Assembly (NCBI GenBank): GCA_001687465.1
Contig: LVLI01000185.1
Coordinates: 1-64,000, forward strand
Reading direction: 5' to 3'
Source of the DNA: Halocafeteria seosinensis
Taxonomy: Eukaryota
Length of the DNA stretch: 64,000 nt
In this document: positions 61,023 through 64,000 of the stretch, one piece after another
Numbering within the stretch: the stretch's first letter is position 1
How the letters are laid out: every line of letters begins with the position of its first letter
Translations under genes and position numbers: made by a program
The notes under the pieces: model-generated
What the model was told of the DNA's origin: nothing
Database searches by the model: none
Seen by the model: only the letters and a program-made list of their open reading frames with translations

Positions 61023-63743
61023 TCAGTGGAGCAAGGACGTTACCATCGGCAGGAATCCAATACGCATTGATTGATCTTCTTGACTGGTTGGAGGAAGGAA
61101 CTCAGTCGATTGTGCCAACATGCGACATACGAGTCTGAAGTCTTCAGGAAACATGGTCCATAGATGTGGCTGGTGATATTCCGCCCACTGCTTTAATTTC
61201 CCACGAGAAATGGCGTTTCGAGTCGACCCTTCAACACTAGTATCACTCGATGGACCACAACATAGATATCGTACTTTCATGGCGGGATACGGTGAATCCC
61301 CATTTTCCCAACACGCTAATGGGAGTGTATCACCCACTTCGGAGAGCAGTTTCATCTTTTTTGGTATGTATGGTTGATAATGACCACTCATACTGGTATT
61401 CCAATTTAACACAGTGATAGCGAGAGCCGGAGAATCCGAGCCAAGAAGCCTAGAAAGCAACCCTTGAGTGCCCGTTTCCTGCCCCAAAGCGATGCATGTG
61501 CCCAGTCCCACTTCCGAAACGTGGGCGGGAATCTCCAATCCATCTTCCAAACTCGAAGAAGGGCAGATAAAAAATCGATAGATGCTGTAGGCGTTGGACA
61601 AAGAGAATAGATCAGAACTCAATCGATGGGCAGGAGAAAACGTATAGAATTCAGTTGAAGTCTGCAACGGCGCAGACTGTACTTGCCCGGCATCCAGAGT
61701 TACCTTGTCACTGAAGAAATACAAGGACGGCTGAGGCTCCGCACGCGTCGCAGCGCCACTAAAACATTTTGGGAAAACCTCATTTAACGACACAGCAGAT
61801 CGGTGCACTCCGGTTTGTAGCGAAGCAACGCAAATACCTAGAAGACAACGGCAGCGTCTACAGCGGATGGCTGCTAACTCAGGGCTCTCTTGTCCCGGAT
61901 TCGAGAGCCTAGCAGCGCGAGAGAACGTATCCCAGGTGAACGTTTTTAAATTCACGGTGTCCGTAGATACATTCAGGATGGAAGAGGATGTGTTTATGTC
62001 CCATCTTCGATTGTGGAATGAAAGCTTGCAACCTGATGACATAATATCGACAGGATGCAACATCAAGCATCGGTCAGCGATTCCAATGCTATGTGGACGG
62101 GCCGTCACGTCCTCTCGGGGAAGAAGATGTCCTCGTTCGTTGGAGTGACACAGCCAAAATTCACTCCATTCGTGCCAGTTCGAGCTCGGGAGATCAAACG
62201 CGTTCTCAACATCAGAAACAAGCCACAACTTATTCATACAAAATCGGCAGAGCCCATCACACTTAGCAACTTCTTCATGTATCTGCTTTCGGCTATGCCG
62301 CTGCTTCCTGTCCGGAACCGCCTCCCCGCGGTAATACAGTGGAAGCCTAAGGCTTACATGGTCTTCCCTGATATGAAGTATACCTCTTTCAAGTTCAAGT
62401 CGGTAAGGAAACGAAAGTTTAAGGAAAAACTGACGAGGCTGAATACTATATTTATTTGCAAGTTCCTCCGGGATAGAAAAATAAGCCAAAAGGCAGCCAT
62501 TCCTTACAGAGAACGCCGGGCACCACGCTTTAGGAAGGTCCTTTAGTCCAGGCACGTGGATGTAGAGTTGATAAACAGATATTTTTGGTTGTTTTTCTAG
62601 ACAGAAATTGGGTCGTCTGAATCGCTCTTTCGGAAAAGGTCCTGTTGATGGGACGGCTGGCAAAGATGGGCCCAGAATTTCGGTAGTTGCACTTGGTTCT
62701 TTGTGTGTTCTCCGTGGGCGATCCGTGAAGTGAGGACTGTCCAATGCTTCACTACACGCCGACAATCTAAACGGAACGCTTACCCCAGCGACGTATCCTT
62801 GTGAAGTCACCAACGCCGTAAAGTATACCCCTTCCTCACTAGGGAGTGTCATAGAAACGGTGCCCTCGAGAACGGAGGGTAACTCTAATACTGCCGATGA
62901 TGCGATCATATCTGTTCGCCGGCCGAGTGCTGTAAAAAGTTCCTCAAAAGAGTCTGGCCGTTCGTCAGTTCTCAGAGAGCTTATCACTCTCTGAATTGCT
63001 GGGATATTTGACAACGGATCCAAGAACTCTACCTTGTAATGATCCTGCTGAGGGTTGAGTAGTTCCCAGACATCCTCGCGATGTATTTCTTCCCTTGGTT
63101 CCCGCGGAAGTTTATAAAGAGCAATGTAGTCGAACTCAGACGGACTGGAAACTTCCTCACTCCCGTACTCTTCATCAAAGGGAAACGTCTCCCCCCGTTG
63201 GTGCGACACCAACCTACCCAAAGCGGAGCGGTCGTGAACACTGGAGAGAGGAATTTCGTACTGAAGGGTCATTATAGATCCAGGGGTTGGGACGTTGGTG
63301 ATTTCATTTCCCTTTCGAACTGACTCAATGTGGATGTTTGCCAAATACGGGGGTCGCGTTCCTTCTTCAGGGCGACGCTCCTGAGGAGGCTGCTTAAAGT
63401 CTTCTACCGGTACTGTCTGCTCCTCACGATACTGCGCAGTATGGACAGAGGATTCTTGATCCACTTCTTTCGACAATGATTTAACCACATTATCGAATGC
63501 TTTCGATGATTCCTGTTTGGCTCGATTCTCTTGTGAAAGTGCCGAATCAGCCTCATGCTGAGCGCGTTGGACCCTGCTTCCGGGCAGACAAACACCCGAT
63601 AAATATAATATGATAAAAAAACTCAAAATATCTACGTACTCTGCTCTGAGAGCATCTACCCGAGCTCTAGCATCTTCTTTAGCTTGCTGAGCCTTGCGAA
63701 TTTGCTCCCGGAGTCTCTCTTCTTCCCGTCGCTTGTCCTCCAT
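61023..63743 (-). CDS. UBE3D/HECT_2-family E3 ligase-like protein with long N-terminal extension
   Basis: LCRFCMNKL...AFDLPSSNWHEWSEFWLCH, IRCRRCRCLLG, AMKVRY and LAQSTEFLPP...IGFL follow the UBE3D/Ipa1 motif order. Confidence 0.8.
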   Translation of the reverse strand: MEDKRREEERLREQIRKAQQAKEDARARVDALRAEYVDILSFFIILYLSGVCLPGSRVQRAQHEADSALSQENRAKQESSKAFDNVVKSLSKEVDQESSVHTAQYREEQTVPVEDFKQPPQERRPEEGTRPPYLANIHIESVRKGNEITNVPTPGSIMTLQYEIPLSSVHDRSALGRLVSHQRGETFPFDEEYGSEEVSSPSEFDYIALYKLPREPREEIHREDVWELLNPQQDHYKVEFLDPLSNIPAIQRVISSLRTDERPDSFEELFTALGRRTDMIASSAVLELPSVLEGTVSMTLPSEEGVYFTALVTSQGYVAGVSVPFRLSACSEALDSPHFTDRPRRTHKEPSATTEILGPSLPAVPSTGPFPKERFRRPNFCLEKQPKISVYQLYIHVPGLKDLPKAWCPAFSVRNGCLLAYFSIPEELANKYSIQPRQFFLKLSFPYRLELERGILHIREDHVSLRLPLYYRGEAVPDRKQRHSRKQIHEEVAKCDGLCRFCMNKLWLVSDVENAFDLPSSNWHEWSEFWLCHSNERGHLLPREDVTARPHSIGIADRCLMLHPVDIMSSGCKLSFHNRRWDINTSSSILNVSTDTVNLKTFTWDTFSRAARLSNPGQESPELAAIRCRRCRCLLGICVASLQTGVHRSAVSLNEVFPKCFSGAATRAEPQPSLYFFSDKVTLDAGQVQSAPLQTSTEFYTFSPAHRLSSDLFSLSNAYSIYRFFICPSSSLEDGLEIPAHVSEVGLGTCIALGQETGTQGLLSRLLGSDSPALAITVLNWNTSMSGHYQPYIPKKMKLLSEVGDTLPLACWENGDSPYPAMKVRYLCCGPSSDTSVEGSTRNAISRGKLKQWAEYHQPHLWTMFPEDFRLVCRMLAQSTEFLPPTSQEDQSMRIGFLPMVTSLLH

Positions 63744-63850
63744 GATTTTCCCCCCATTCCCATTCAATATAGAACACCTCCTCCGTTAACTAACCGTGGC
63801 CGCAATCCACATTCAATACTGGCACGAACATACAAATTGTACGCAGAGCT

Positions 63851-63953
63851 GGGATATTTCGGGGGTCCGGTATCGGGGGTTTTTTCGGGGGCCCCGCCAG
63901 ATTCTCTTCCGTACAGCTTGTTTTTTCGGGGCTATATGGTGAAATTTCGGGGG
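63851..63953. repeat. Cluster of (T)nCGGGG(G) motifs
   Basis: Five copies: G-runs at 63861, 63875, 63887, 63928 and 63949, each preceded by TTTC or TATC. Confidence 0.8.
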
Positions 63954-64000
63954 CACAGTTGTCAGTGAACCAATGATGGAACATGAGCCGATTTAGGCAC

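Noticed and set aside
63851..64000. Telomeric repeat array
   Set aside because: The motifs are interspersed and irregular rather than tandem TTAGGG/TTTAGGG.

Overview
Gene-dense eukaryotic nuclear DNA, not prokaryotic. About 25 protein-coding genes lie on both strands, split by short (mostly ~50-130 nt) canonical GT-AG introns and separated by very short spacers. Flagellar/ciliary genes (SPAG6/PF16, BBS1) indicate a flagellated protist; a stramenopile-type heterotroph is my inference only. Recognisable genes: SNF5-domain/HMG-box protein, CDK7/20-like kinase, class II-type HDAC, mitochondrial ADP/ATP carrier, proteasome beta-6 (PSMB1), SPAG6, ALG10, Bax inhibitor-1, tRNA-Ser(GCT), AP-1 mu, NOP2, Kv channel, syntaxin, BBS1, DEAD-box helicase, an ACBP-DECR1 fusion, ELP3, RABL6, a cNMP-binding protein and UBE3D. 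No CRISPR array, rRNA or intact mobile element is visible. The most striking unexplained feature is a 675-nt intron in the ADP/ATP carrier gene. It is several-fold longer than the other introns traced and is tiled almost end to end with stem-loops, making it a candidate structured intronic RNA. Other points of interest: two domain fusions, a small spliced gene missed by the ORF track, a tail-to-tail CDS overlap and TTTCGGG motif clusters. Exon boundaries and RNA pairings were read by eye and need computational confirmation.
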